From: Thermotogaceae bacterium
GTDB lineage: Bacteria; Thermotogota; Thermotogae; B21-G9; HyVt-16
Length of the DNA stretch: 55,188 nucleotides
Assembly (NCBI GenBank): GCA_029981435.1
Contig: JARRBB010000006.1
Location: 1 to 55,188, forward strand
Reading direction: 5' to 3'
Part shown: piece by piece, positions 18,387 through 27,945 of the stretch
How the letters are laid out: each line of letters begins with the position of its first letter
How positions within the stretch are numbered: the stretch's first letter is position 1
Position numbers and translations under genes: made by a program
Notes under the pieces: generated by a model
Database searches by the model: none
What the model saw: only the letters and a program-made list of their open reading frames with translations
Told to the model about the DNA's origin: nothing

Positions 18387-19901
18387 TCAATCTCTGGAAT
18401 ATACCATTCTGGAACCAGTTGCAGCGTTCAAAAGGTTGGTTGGTGTTATAGAATCTTTCTTATCAAATCTTCCAGTTATTCTCCCTTCATGCATGACAAT
18501 CACTCTATCTGATAATTTGATTATCTCTGGTAATTCTGAAGAAACAATTATTATCGAAATCCCACTCTCTGCAAGCCTAAGTATTTCATTATGTATTTGT
18601 GATTTTACCGCAACATCAACTCCTCTTGTAGGTTCATCAAGTATCAAAATTTTTGGTGAAGTAGCCAGCCATTTAGAAAGTAAAACTTTCTGTTGATTAC
18701 CACCACTTAAATTATTTACAAGTGTATAGATAGAAGGTGCTTTTATTTGAAACCACTTTAAATAGTTTTCGGATATTTCTCTTTCTTTATCTTTATCAAC
18801 CATTCCGAAAAATTTACTAAGTTGATCTATTATGGGTATAGTTATATTGAAGCTTATTGCCAAAGCTCTAAAAAGCCCCTGAGCTCCCCTATCTTCGGGA
18901 ACATAAGCTATCCCTATATTCATAGCACTGGCAGGATCCTTGATATTAACCTCTTTGCTATTGATCTTTATTTTTCCTGAGTCAGGTTTTATTAAACCAA
19001 ATATCGTTTGCATTACCTCACTTCTACCAGCACCGACAAGTCCGGAAAAACCAAGTATCTCACCTTTATAAAGCTTAAAACTGATATCTTGATAAAGCCC
19101 TTTTTTATTCAAATTTTCAACTTCAAGAACGACTTCTTCGTACTTTGGAGGTTTTCTATCTATCTCTTCTATAACAGCTCGTCCAGCCATGAGTTCAATC
19201 ATTTTTTCACGATTTATTTCATTCATATTGAAAGTTCCCATCACCTGGCCATCACGCATTATGGTTACTCTGTCAGCTATTTGAGGCAACTCCTCTAGTC
19301 TATGACTTATATATATTATTCCTACTTCTTTCTCCTTTAATTTTTTTATTATCGAAAACAAACGCTGAGTTTCGTGTTCAGTAAGAATAGCCGTAGGTTC
19401 ATCAAAGATAATGACTTTTGCATTGTAATTTAGAGCCTTTGCAATAAGTGCAAGTTGTTGTAAACCGGTACTGAGACTTCCCATCGGTTCATCTATAAAG
19501 TATGGATCTATATCCAGTGACTTCAGAAGTTCTCTGGTTACATCTCTCTCTTTTTTCCAATCCACATCACCATTTCTTTTCTTTATTTCATTGCCAATAA
19601 ATATGTTCTCTACAACCGATAAATGTTTATAAACAAGTGGTTCTTGGTAAACTGCAACTATACCCAATTCATGAGCTTCGCGTGGAGAATCCAACACCAC
19701 ATTTTTACCAAAATATTCTATTTCACCACTATCAGGTTGTAAAACACCCGTTAGAATTTTTATCAATGTGGATTTGCCTGCACCATTTTCTCCAACAAGT
19801 GCATGGACTTCACCAGCCAAAAGCTCAAAATCAACACCTCTAAGTGCCTTAACACCACCAAAATTTTTCACAATTTTTTTGGCTTTAAGAACGGAATCCA
19901 A
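18387..19901 (-). CDS. Sugar ABC transporter ATP-binding protein, tandem NBDs (RbsA/MglA-like)
   Basis: Two Walker A motifs (GENGAGKST; GLVGAGRS). Real start is the TTG (LDSVLKAKKIVKNFGG) 6 nt after AAGGAGGAG; the 5' extension in the ORF track is read-through of the upstream hairpin. Confidence 0.88.
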   Translation of the reverse strand: MDSVLKAKKIVKNFGGVKALRGVDFELLAGEVHALVGENGAGKSTLIKILTGVLQPDSGEIEYFGKNVVLDSPREAHELGIVAVYQEPLVYKHLSVVENIFIGNEIKKRNGDVDWKKERDVTRELLKSLDIDPYFIDEPMGSLSTGLQQLALIAKALNYNAKVIIFDEPTAILTEHETQRLFSIIKKLKEKEVGIIYISHRLEELPQIADRVTIMRDGQVMGTFNMNEINREKMIELMAGRAVIEEIDRKPPKYEEVVLEVENLNKKGLYQDISFKLYKGEILGFSGLVGAGRSEVMQTIFGLIKPDSGKIKINSKEVNIKDPASAMNIGIAYVPEDRGAQGLFRALAISFNITIPIIDQLSKFFGMVDKDKEREISENYLKWFQIKAPSIYTLVNNLSGGNQQKVLLSKWLATSPKILILDEPTRGVDVAVKSQIHNEILRLAESGISIIIVSSELPEIIKLSDRVIVMHEGRITGRFDKKDSITPTNLLNAATGSRMVYSRD

Positions 19902-19918
19902 AGGAATCTCCTCCTTTA

Positions 19919-19947
19919 TAAAGAAGGGGCATAGAATGCCCCTTCTT
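19919..19947 (-). terminator. Intercistronic stem-loop between the SBP and ATPase genes (partial terminator/mRNA stabiliser)
   Basis: Perfect 13-bp inverted repeat AAAGAAGGGGCAT-aga-ATGCCCCTTCTTT, immediately followed by the RBS of the ATPase gene. Confidence 0.6.
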
Positions 19948-19976
19948 TGTAAAAGTATGGAATAATTGTACAATTC

Positions 19977-20954
19977 TTAGAAATTGTATTTATCTATATT
20001 TTCTGGAGTGAAGACAAGTGGTGGTCCAAGAACAAGCTCTTTGGTTTCAGGATAATAAATTGGTTTTGTATCTATTCCGGGTACATCGATTGGAGTATTT
20101 GCCGGGAATTCATTTCCATCTAGCAGATATTTTGCTGCCCAGACGGTCAAATAACCAAGATTTTCTGGATCCCATAGTACAAACTTCTTAACAGAACCTT
20201 TCTTCATATGCTCTTTCATCATGCTTGGAACAGTTATACCAGTTGCCCAGATTTGTCCAACTTTTCCAGCAAGTTCTACAGCCTCAGCTACACCGGGTGC
20301 CGAGGTACTGTTCATCCCAACAATAACTTTTATATCCGGGAATGCCTGAATTACACTTAAACCAACATCGACAGCTCTTTGTACATCCTCACCTGCATAT
20401 CTGATGGTTACAAGTTCGATATCAGGATACTCAGCAAGTCTCTGCTGCAGATACATGATCCATGTGTTCAAATTCCAAGCAGTTGGCCCGCCAGAAACAA
20501 TCGCAAATTTGCCTTTGTAGTCCATTAATTCTGCAACAACATCCATAACAGTATAACCTATGTCTTTTGCTCTTGCCTGATTCACAAACAATTCTCTTAC
20601 ACCTTCTGCACCGTCAGTATCGGAAGTTAGAACTAATATCCCTTTTTCCTTAGCTTTTTTCATTATTGGAGTTATAGCAGCTGGATCATTCGGAGCAACT
20701 GCAATTGCATCCACACCCTTGGTAATAAGATTATCGATTATTTCTATTTGTTTTGCTACACTATCTGTTGTTGGACCAGTGTAAATAAATTCCACACCCA
20801 GATCTTTTGCTGCCCTTTTTCCTCCTGCTTCCATGGCATTGAAATAAGGAATACCGACAAGTTTTGGAATGAATGCGATTTTGTAAGTTGCAAAGGCTGA
20901 AACTGTTAACAGCATAACAATACCAATCAACAAATATACCCAGAGTTTCTTCAT
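19977..20954 (-). CDS. Periplasmic sugar-binding protein (RbsB-like, type I PBP)
   Basis: 325 aa. Signal peptide, then IAFIPK…GVDAIAV…LTSDTD pattern. Confidence 0.88.
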   Translation of the reverse strand: MKKLWVYLLIGIVMLLTVSAFATYKIAFIPKLVGIPYFNAMEAGGKRAAKDLGVEFIYTGPTTDSVAKQIEIIDNLITKGVDAIAVAPNDPAAITPIMKKAKEKGILVLTSDTDGAEGVRELFVNQARAKDIGYTVMDVVAELMDYKGKFAIVSGGPTAWNLNTWIMYLQQRLAEYPDIELVTIRYAGEDVQRAVDVGLSVIQAFPDIKVIVGMNSTSAPGVAEAVELAGKVGQIWATGITVPSMMKEHMKKGSVKKFVLWDPENLGYLTVWAAKYLLDGNEFPANTPIDVPGIDTKPIYYPETKELVLGPPLVFTPENIDKYNF

Positions 20955-20985
20955 GAAAATCCCCCCTTTTTAAAGTATGGCGCTC

Positions 20986-21855
20986 TCAACCATTTAATAA
21001 CTCTAAAACTATTTCTTTTTCATGTTTTAGAAAAGTAAGCCCTTTTTCTAACTCTTCATCAAGCTTTTCGGCTGGTATTTTCCCTTTTCGTGCTTCATAC
21101 GGTGAAGCTCCTTTTGGAAGTGGTTCACAGGAAACAGCTCCCTCATACTCTATATCGTAAAGAGCTCTTATTATTTCTCTCCACGGTATTGTCCCCATTC
21201 CGGGAGCTCTTCTTGTGTTGTCTGCAACATGAAGATGCTGGAACCAGTACTTTCCTGCTCTTCTTATAGCATTGGGAATACCATCTGGTTCTTCAATTTG
21301 CATGTGAAAAGTATCTCCCATTGTCCTAAAATACTCGTTATTTATATCTTTGCAGTACTCTATAGCCTCATCGAGACTATTTATCAAACCGACCTCGTAT
21401 CTATTAATAGGTTCCAAAGTAAGGAGAATACCAGTTTCTTTCGCATATTCAGCAGCTTTTACCATAACTTCTTTTGATACTTCAAGGTCTTCTTCTTTTG
21501 ACCTGAAATAAGCCGGTTGTCCCACTAAACTTGGTACAACTAAAACACTTCTTGCACCTACTTCTGCAGCTAAATCTATGCACGATTTTATGTAATCCAG
21601 TGCTTTTTGTCTTTCAGAAGGATCAGGATGGCAAGCTGCTCTTAAATCACTTTCATCTGGTCCTGGAAACATACCACAAATAGAACACACTTTTAATCCA
21701 TGAGCCTCAAGAAGACTCTTAACATAATTTGCTTTGTAAAGTTTTGGTTCTCCGACAAGTTCTATTCCATCAAAGCCTATCCTGGTAACTCTTTTTATAA
21801 CCTCTTCTATTGAAGCATCTCCAAAGATCCAATTGTTAACAAAAAATCCCATCAT
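20986..21855 (-). CDS. Sugar phosphate isomerase/epimerase (xylose-isomerase-like TIM barrel)
   Basis: Start re-placed at ATGATG (MMGFFVNN…) 5 nt after GGAGGGGA. AP-endonuclease-2/TIM-barrel family motifs. Confidence 0.75.
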   Translation of the reverse strand: MMGFFVNNWIFGDASIEEVIKRVTRIGFDGIELVGEPKLYKANYVKSLLEAHGLKVCSICGMFPGPDESDLRAACHPDPSERQKALDYIKSCIDLAAEVGARSVLVVPSLVGQPAYFRSKEEDLEVSKEVMVKAAEYAKETGILLTLEPINRYEVGLINSLDEAIEYCKDINNEYFRTMGDTFHMQIEEPDGIPNAIRRAGKYWFQHLHVADNTRRAPGMGTIPWREIIRALYDIEYEGAVSCEPLPKGASPYEARKGKIPAEKLDEELEKGLTFLKHEKEIVLELLNG

Positions 21856-21889
21856 CCCTATCCCCTCCAAATTACAGAATTCATTTTGA

Positions 21890-21919
21890 ATTATATCACT
21901 TTTTAAATTTTGAAGTCAA
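21890..21919 (-). promoter_or_regulatory. Sigma-A-type promoter for the isomerase-SBP-ABC operon
   Basis: Minus strand TTGACT-17 nt-gATATAAT, ~35 nt upstream of the RBS. Confidence 0.5.
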
Positions 21920-22046
21920 AAAACAGAATAAAAAAATATATACATATTATCTTTTTGATATCTAAATTTTATCATCATATAAAAATAAAAAGCCCTTTTA
22001 CAGGATTTAAGAACTAAAATTTTTTGATTTAACAAAAAATATCTTA

Positions 22047-23441
22047 TCAATTCATACTCCATTCAGTACCATTCGGGGTATCTTTTAAATTTATCCCTAT
22101 GTTACTCAACTCATCCCTTATTCTATCAGCCGTTGCAAAGTCTTTATTTTTTCTGAATTCGTTTCTTATATTTATTATGATTCTCAATACTTCGTCAAGC
22201 TTTTGAGTGGATACGTTTTCCTGCTCTTGCTGAGCTTCAAACAAACCAAAAATCGGCCCAAATTCTTCTCTAATAAGATAATAACCTTCTTCAAGTACAT
22301 CTCTGTCATCGGTTGAATTCAACTCTCTTATTGTGTCAAAAATTACTCCAAGGGCTTTAGGAGTATTGAAATCATCATCAAGCGCCTCGATTATCTGTGA
22401 TCTTTTTTCTTTGACCCAAAGAGATTCATTTTTCGGAATTATCAACTCTTTGTTTAAAGTCCTATAAATGCGATCAAGCGCTTCATTAACTCTTTGGGTT
22501 GCTTTCTTAGCTTCCTCTAAAAGTTCAACACTTGCATCAATAGGACTACGATAATGTTTCGATAGCAAGAAATACCTTATAGCATCTTTTCCGAAAGCTT
22601 TCAAAGATTCTCGCAAGATAACAAAATTTCCGGTAGATTTTGACATTTTCATACCTTTGAAATTTATCATTCCATTGTGCATCCAGTATTTCACAAAGGG
22701 TTTACCAGTAAGAGCTTCGGTCTGAGCTTTCTCATTTTCATGGTGTGGAAATATTAGATCATTGCCACCGGCATGTATATCAAAGGTTTTACCAAGTATT
22801 TTCGTCGACATTACCGAGCATTCGATATGCCAGCCAGGTCTTCCAGAGCTCCATGGACTTTCCCAATGTGGCTCATCAGGTTTTGCAGATTTCCATAATG
22901 CAAAGTCCAGAGGATCTTTCTTTTTTTCACCTGGTTCTATACGAGCTCCAGCAATGAGTTCATCGATATTTCTATGGGATAACTCTCCATATTTTTCGAA
23001 TTTTCTCACACTGAAATAAACGTCTCCATCTACCTCATAAGCGTAACCTTTTTCAATCAACTCTTTTATGAAATCTATTATCTCATTCACAAAATCAGTT
23101 GTCTTTGGATGAAAATTTGCTTCCCTTATCCCGAGTTTTGCTGCGTCAACTCTGTACTCTTTTATGAATTTTTCTGAGAGTTTTCTGAAATCAACACCAA
23201 GTTCCTTTGCACGATTTATTATTTTGTCATCTATATCTGTGAAATTCTGAACATAAACAACTTGGTATCCTCTGTATTCCAGATATCTCCTGAAAACATC
23301 AAAAACCACAGCCGGTCTTGCGTTTCCAAGATGAATGTAGTTGTAAACTGTAGGACCACATGTATAAATTCTGACAATACCATCTTCTACTGGCTTGAAC
23401 TCTTCTTTTTTACCGGTTAGAGTGTTATATATTTGAATCAC
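22047..23441 (-). CDS. cysS: Cysteine--tRNA ligase
   Basis: 464 aa; HIGN (HLGNARP) and KMSKS motifs. Confidence 0.95.
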   Translation of the reverse strand: MIQIYNTLTGKKEEFKPVEDGIVRIYTCGPTVYNYIHLGNARPAVVFDVFRRYLEYRGYQVVYVQNFTDIDDKIINRAKELGVDFRKLSEKFIKEYRVDAAKLGIREANFHPKTTDFVNEIIDFIKELIEKGYAYEVDGDVYFSVRKFEKYGELSHRNIDELIAGARIEPGEKKKDPLDFALWKSAKPDEPHWESPWSSGRPGWHIECSVMSTKILGKTFDIHAGGNDLIFPHHENEKAQTEALTGKPFVKYWMHNGMINFKGMKMSKSTGNFVILRESLKAFGKDAIRYFLLSKHYRSPIDASVELLEEAKKATQRVNEALDRIYRTLNKELIIPKNESLWVKEKRSQIIEALDDDFNTPKALGVIFDTIRELNSTDDRDVLEEGYYLIREEFGPIFGLFEAQQEQENVSTQKLDEVLRIIINIRNEFRKNKDFATADRIRDELSNIGINLKDTPNGTEWSMN

Positions 23442-23450
23442 TGAACCACC

Positions 23451-24902
23451 TCACTTTTTAAAGCTTTCAACTGTCAGAAGTCTTTTCAAAACCTTATCTT
23501 TTCCAAACAGATAAACGATATCCAGCAATTCCGGCCCCTCAGTCTTACCGGTCAAAATAATCCTTAAATTCATATAAAAATCCTTTTTATTCAGTTTTCT
23601 GTTTTCCTTAAGGGTTTCCCTGAAAATTCTTAGGATTTCATTTTTACTCCAGTCATCAATTTTCTTTATGTTTTCCGAGAGTTTTAAATAGGCCTCTATT
23701 AATTCCTGATTTAATTTTAAATCGTCGGGATTTAACGAAGGTTTCTCAAAATAGATTTTCAATTTTTCAGGAAGTTCTATTAGTTCTTCAACACCATTTC
23801 TAACAGAAGCTACGGCTTCTTTGAACCATTCAAAATTATTTTCAAATTCTTCTTCATCACACAATTGGGAATCAACAATGAATTTCTTTGCTATTTTAGT
23901 TAAATCTTCTATATCGTAATTTCTTATGTAATATCCGTTCATCCATCTCAATTTGTTTTCGTCGTATATCGCCGGATTAGAACTTACCCTCTCGAGTGAA
24001 AAATTATCTATCAGCTCTTCTAAAGTGAGAAGTTCCTTCCCATCAGGATGTGACCAACCAAGCAATGCAAGATAATTAACCATAGCCTCTGGAAGATATC
24101 CTCTATCTCTGTAACCTTCAACAGAAGATACACCATGTCTTTTACTGAGCTTTTTTCCATCTGGACCAAGTATCATCGACACATGAGCAAAATGTGGCAC
24201 CTCCCAGTTAAGGGATTCATACATTGCCATCTGTCTCAAAGTATTGGAAAGATGATCGTCACCACGTATAACATGAGTTATGTTCATAAAATGATCATCA
24301 ACAACACATGCGAAATTGTAAGTTGGAATACCATTACTTCTTAAAAGAACAAAATCTCCTATGGCACCTTTTCGAAATATTACTTTTCCTTTTATCAAAT
24401 CGTCTAATTCGTATTCTTTGTCTTCAAAAACAAAGAAAACAACAGGTTTTTCACCGTTATTTTTGAATTCTTCGATTCTCCTCTTCGTGTTAAATTGCTC
24501 AAGCATTTCACGATTATAATGTGGTAGCTCTCCTTTACTTAAAAGTTTTTCACGTAGTTCTTCAAGTTCTTCAGGGCGTGCATAAACTTCGTAAGCCTTA
24601 CCCTTCTCCATAAGTTCTTTTACAACGTCCCTGTAAAAGTTCAGTCTTTCACTCTGTCTGTAAGGTCCGTAGTTGCCACCAATATCAGGTCCCTCGTCCC
24701 ATTTCAGGCCAAGCCATTTCAGGGATTCCATCAATTTCAATTCGGACTCTTTTGTTGACCTTTCCAAATCTGTATCTTCTATTCTCAAAATAAATTTACC
24801 ACCTTGATTTCTGGCAAACAAAAAGTTAAATAGAGCTGTTCTCGCTCCACCAACATGTAAATAACCTGTTGGACTTGGTGCAAAACGAACCCTTACTTCC
24901 AT
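23451..24902 (-). CDS. gltX: Glutamate--tRNA ligase
   Basis: RFAPSPTGYLHVGGARTALFN. Start re-placed at MEVRV (ATG 8 nt after AGAGGTGAT); the ORF track's upstream extension overlaps the RBS. Confidence 0.92.
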   Translation of the reverse strand: MEVRVRFAPSPTGYLHVGGARTALFNFLFARNQGGKFILRIEDTDLERSTKESELKLMESLKWLGLKWDEGPDIGGNYGPYRQSERLNFYRDVVKELMEKGKAYEVYARPEELEELREKLLSKGELPHYNREMLEQFNTKRRIEEFKNNGEKPVVFFVFEDKEYELDDLIKGKVIFRKGAIGDFVLLRSNGIPTYNFACVVDDHFMNITHVIRGDDHLSNTLRQMAMYESLNWEVPHFAHVSMILGPDGKKLSKRHGVSSVEGYRDRGYLPEAMVNYLALLGWSHPDGKELLTLEELIDNFSLERVSSNPAIYDENKLRWMNGYYIRNYDIEDLTKIAKKFIVDSQLCDEEEFENNFEWFKEAVASVRNGVEELIELPEKLKIYFEKPSLNPDDLKLNQELIEAYLKLSENIKKIDDWSKNEILRIFRETLKENRKLNKKDFYMNLRIILTGKTEGPELLDIVYLFGKDKVLKRLLTVESFKK

Positions 24903-24935
24903 TTTCCTATCACCTCTTTTTTTCATATAAAAAAG

Positions 24936-24998
24936 GCGGGACAGTCTCTGTTGGGGGGTGCCTTCTCAAGGGGTATTAAAGAAGGGATACTGTCCCGC
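24936..24998 (-). other. GC-rich structured element (10-bp closing stem + internal helix) followed by a U tract, between ybeY and gltX
   Basis: GCGGGACAGT…44 nt…ACTGTCCCGC, with an internal CCTTC/GAAGG helix. Minus-strand RNA continues CUUUUUUUAUAUG into the gltX RBS. Confidence 0.5.
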
Positions 24999-25007
24999 TA
25001 ATGTAAA

Positions 25008-25454
25008 TTATGTTTTGTCTATATATTTAGTTTTTATTACATTAAATATTTCTTCCTGAATAGTGAGCATTTCCTTTGCATCTTCTGGATCATTTTCATG
25101 TTCATATCCAGCAAGATGTAAGATACCATGTATTAGCATATAAGTCAACTCTTTTTCGAAAGAATTTCCAAAATCAGGCGCTTGTAATCTTATCACTTCC
25201 GGACAAATTATAACCTCACCAAAAATTTCATCGTCTTCATCATCATAAGAAAAACTCAAAACATCTGTCTCAGAATTCTTTCCTCTAAACTGTAAATTTA
25301 AATCTTTTATCGTTTTTTTATCAACGAAAACAACGTTCATTTCCTTTTCGGCACTCAAAAGTTTTGGAGAGATCATTTTCAAAACCTCATAAATAATATC
25401 ATATATTGGAATTGCGTTAACAATCTCTTCATCTGTATCATTTATTATGTTCAC
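25008..25454 (-). CDS. ybeY: rRNA maturation endoribonuclease YbeY
   Basis: 148 aa; HGILHLAGYEHE zinc-binding motif. Confidence 0.92.
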   Translation of the reverse strand: MNIINDTDEEIVNAIPIYDIIYEVLKMISPKLLSAEKEMNVVFVDKKTIKDLNLQFRGKNSETDVLSFSYDDEDDEIFGEVIICPEVIRLQAPDFGNSFEKELTYMLIHGILHLAGYEHENDPEDAKEMLTIQEEIFNVIKTKYIDKT

Positions 25455-26886
25455 TTTCAGAATCTTCGCCTCCTTTTATTTGCAAAAGAACATTTTTAGG
25501 GCTATCTTGAGGATACTCAATTCTTTGATGATAGGTACTGACAAGGACTTTCACGAATTCCTCGATTATCAGTTCAATGTCTTTCAGTGTCAACCCTGAT
25601 TCATCAAGTTCCCTTTCGTTGTATATATCATTAACTACTTCTGTAACCATTTCTTCTATCTTTGAAGGTGTCGGATCTTTTATGCTTCTCACAGCTGCTT
25701 CGATAGAATCTGCAAGCATTATTATCCCAGCTTCTTTAAATTGTGGTTTAGGACCAGGATACTTGAAATCCTCTTCTTTTACTTCAGGATTGGTTTCTCT
25801 AGCTTTGTGATAAAAAAACTTTTGAACTCTCGTTCCATGATGCTGTTTTATTATATCTTCTATCAATAGTGGCAACCTATACTTTCTTGCAAGCTCGCAA
25901 CCAGCCTTTACATGAAAGTTTAAAACAATGTGACTCAATCCTGGATGAAGGAACGAATGTGGATTCTCCAATTGCTGATTTTCTATAAAGAATTCAGGCT
26001 TTTTTGCCTTCCCAATATCATGGAAATATGCCCCTACTCTCGCCAATATAGGGTTAACTTCTATTCTTTCTGCTGCAGCTTCAGCAAGATTTGCAAGAAC
26101 AACACTGTGATAGTAGGTACCTGGAGCCTTCATAGATAAAAGCTTCAAAAGAGGATGACTCAAATTACCGAGTTCCAAAATTCCAATGCTGGAGTAAATT
26201 CTACTTGCATATTCTATGTATGGTAATATGCCAATCGCTATTATAGAAGATATAACAGGGTTAAAGAAACCTTCCAGTATATTCCTGTAATTCGATACGG
26301 GTATGAAGAAAATTTCATTAATGAAAAAAAGAAAAGTCTGAAGTAAAGAAACCATTAGAGCTGCTCTTGCTATATCTATTCTTTTATTGATTCTTCGAGT
26401 TAAAAACACAGTGAGAATACCACTGAAAAGAAAAAAAAGAGAATATTTAAGGGAGTAATTCAACATCATGGCAGAAGAAAAAGCAAAGTAATATACAGAA
26501 GCTATTCCAGCTGTTGTTCCCATAAGCACTGTTATCAGTGACACTGGTAGAAAGACGGAAATTCCTGGATAACCGAAGTAACTGTAACTTAGGGAATTTA
26601 AAACCATTCCAACAGTCAAAATTGAGTAAAAAGTAAAATAGTAATTCTTGTGTAATTTAAAAAACCTGACTTTGCTTACATTCAATTCACAGGTTATGTA
26701 AACAAGAACCACAAGTATTGAGTATTCGATTATCGTTCTTTCAACATTGAAAAAGGCCCGAGAATATTTGATAAAAAATATAACCAAAATTTGTGAAACA
26801 AATAGATACCATTTTTTTGCGAAAAATTTTCCCAAATCTTCCAAAGCTTTTTTGATATTATTGAACATCTTGATTTTCCCTTTCAT
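25438..26886 (-). CDS. 7TM-receptor/HD-domain membrane phosphohydrolase (PgpH/YqfF-like, candidate c-di-AMP phosphodiesterase)
   Basis: 482 aa. N-terminal multi-TM region, C-terminal HD domain (HSVVLANLAE…FHDIGK). Conserved phoH-yqfF-ybeY gene order. Confidence 0.82.
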   Translation of the reverse strand: MKGKIKMFNNIKKALEDLGKFFAKKWYLFVSQILVIFFIKYSRAFFNVERTIIEYSILVVLVYITCELNVSKVRFFKLHKNYYFTFYSILTVGMVLNSLSYSYFGYPGISVFLPVSLITVLMGTTAGIASVYYFAFSSAMMLNYSLKYSLFFLFSGILTVFLTRRINKRIDIARAALMVSLLQTFLFFINEIFFIPVSNYRNILEGFFNPVISSIIAIGILPYIEYASRIYSSIGILELGNLSHPLLKLLSMKAPGTYYHSVVLANLAEAAAERIEVNPILARVGAYFHDIGKAKKPEFFIENQQLENPHSFLHPGLSHIVLNFHVKAGCELARKYRLPLLIEDIIKQHHGTRVQKFFYHKARETNPEVKEEDFKYPGPKPQFKEAGIIMLADSIEAAVRSIKDPTPSKIEEMVTEVVNDIYNERELDESGLTLKDIELIIEEFVKVLVSTYHQRIEYPQDSPKNVLLQIKGGEDSESEHNK

Positions 26887-27838
26887 ATTCTTCGTAAGCT
26901 TTTATTATCTTCTTCACGAGTGGATGTCTAACAATATCTTCTTTGTTTAAATATACAAAAGTTATACCTTCAATTCCATCGAGTATTTTAGCAGCCTCTA
27001 TTAAACCAGATGTTTTACCTTTTTCAAGATCTATTTGCGTTACATCACCAGTTATAACTGCCTTGGAATTAAAGCCAATTCTTGTCAAAAACATTTTCAT
27101 CTGCTGATGAGTGGTATTCTGTGCTTCATCAAGAATGACAAAAGCGTTGTTCAAAGTTCTACCACGCATATATGCAAGGGGAGCTATTTCTATTATCCCA
27201 CGCTCACGATAACTCTGGAATTTACTGAAACTAAGCATATCAAACATGGCATCATACAAAGGTCTTAGATACGGATCTACTTTTTCCATAAAAGTTCCCG
27301 GTAAAAAACCAAGTTTTTCACCTGCTTCTATAGCTGGTCTTGTAAGTATTATTCTCTGTACTATTCCCTTTTTCAAAGAATCTATAGCCTTCGCCACCGC
27401 AAGATAAGTTTTCCCCGTGCCCGCAGGTCCTATAGCAAAAACTATATCGCTCTTCTCCATCGCTTCCATGTACTTTTTTTGGCCAAGTGTTTTCGGTTTT
27501 ATTTTCTCGCTGAGAAGCGACGTTGAAAATATTTGTTTTGCTATACTACTTTCATATTCATCATCTTTCTCTCTAAGTTTTTCAATGAGATAATTCAATT
27601 CTCCAACATCTACAAATCCTTTAGCTCTGGTAACTTCTATCAATTCATTGAAAAGTTCAGCAGCCTGTTCGATCGATTGTTTATCATCACTTGAAATTAT
27701 TAGTTCATTATCTTCCACTTTAATTGAAACTCCAAATTCCTCTTTTATTCTTCTTATGTTTCTATCATACTGGCCTAAAAGGCCTATTAGATCAATATTT
27801 ATAGGTATTTCAAGCTTTTTTGTAAACGCTTTGACCAC
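26858..27838 (-). CDS. phoH: PhoH-family ATPase (KH-like N-terminus + P-loop NTPase)
   Basis: 326 aa; Walker A GPAGTGKTYLAVA. Confidence 0.9.
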   Translation of the reverse strand: MVKAFTKKLEIPINIDLIGLLGQYDRNIRRIKEEFGVSIKVEDNELIISSDDKQSIEQAAELFNELIEVTRAKGFVDVGELNYLIEKLREKDDEYESSIAKQIFSTSLLSEKIKPKTLGQKKYMEAMEKSDIVFAIGPAGTGKTYLAVAKAIDSLKKGIVQRIILTRPAIEAGEKLGFLPGTFMEKVDPYLRPLYDAMFDMLSFSKFQSYRERGIIEIAPLAYMRGRTLNNAFVILDEAQNTTHQQMKMFLTRIGFNSKAVITGDVTQIDLEKGKTSGLIEAAKILDGIEGITFVYLNKEDIVRHPLVKKIIKAYEEYERENQDVQ

Positions 27839-27945
27839 CTCACAACCTCTAAGATTACTCCAACCAAAATTATAACAAATAAGGATCTAAAACAGAAGCG
27901 GTAGAAATATTACATGAGAACGATTATCAGAAGGAGAGATATTAT

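Noticed and set aside
18039-18512. 157-aa plus-strand ORF
   Set aside because: Antisense to the ABC permease/ATPase junction; no RBS; composition artefact.
24936-24998. Possible tRNA (7-bp acceptor-like stem GCGGGAC/GUCCCGC)
   Set aside because: Only ~63 nt, no T-arm GTTCRANYC motif, no D-arm consensus, no CCA context; better explained as a terminator/attenuator hairpin.
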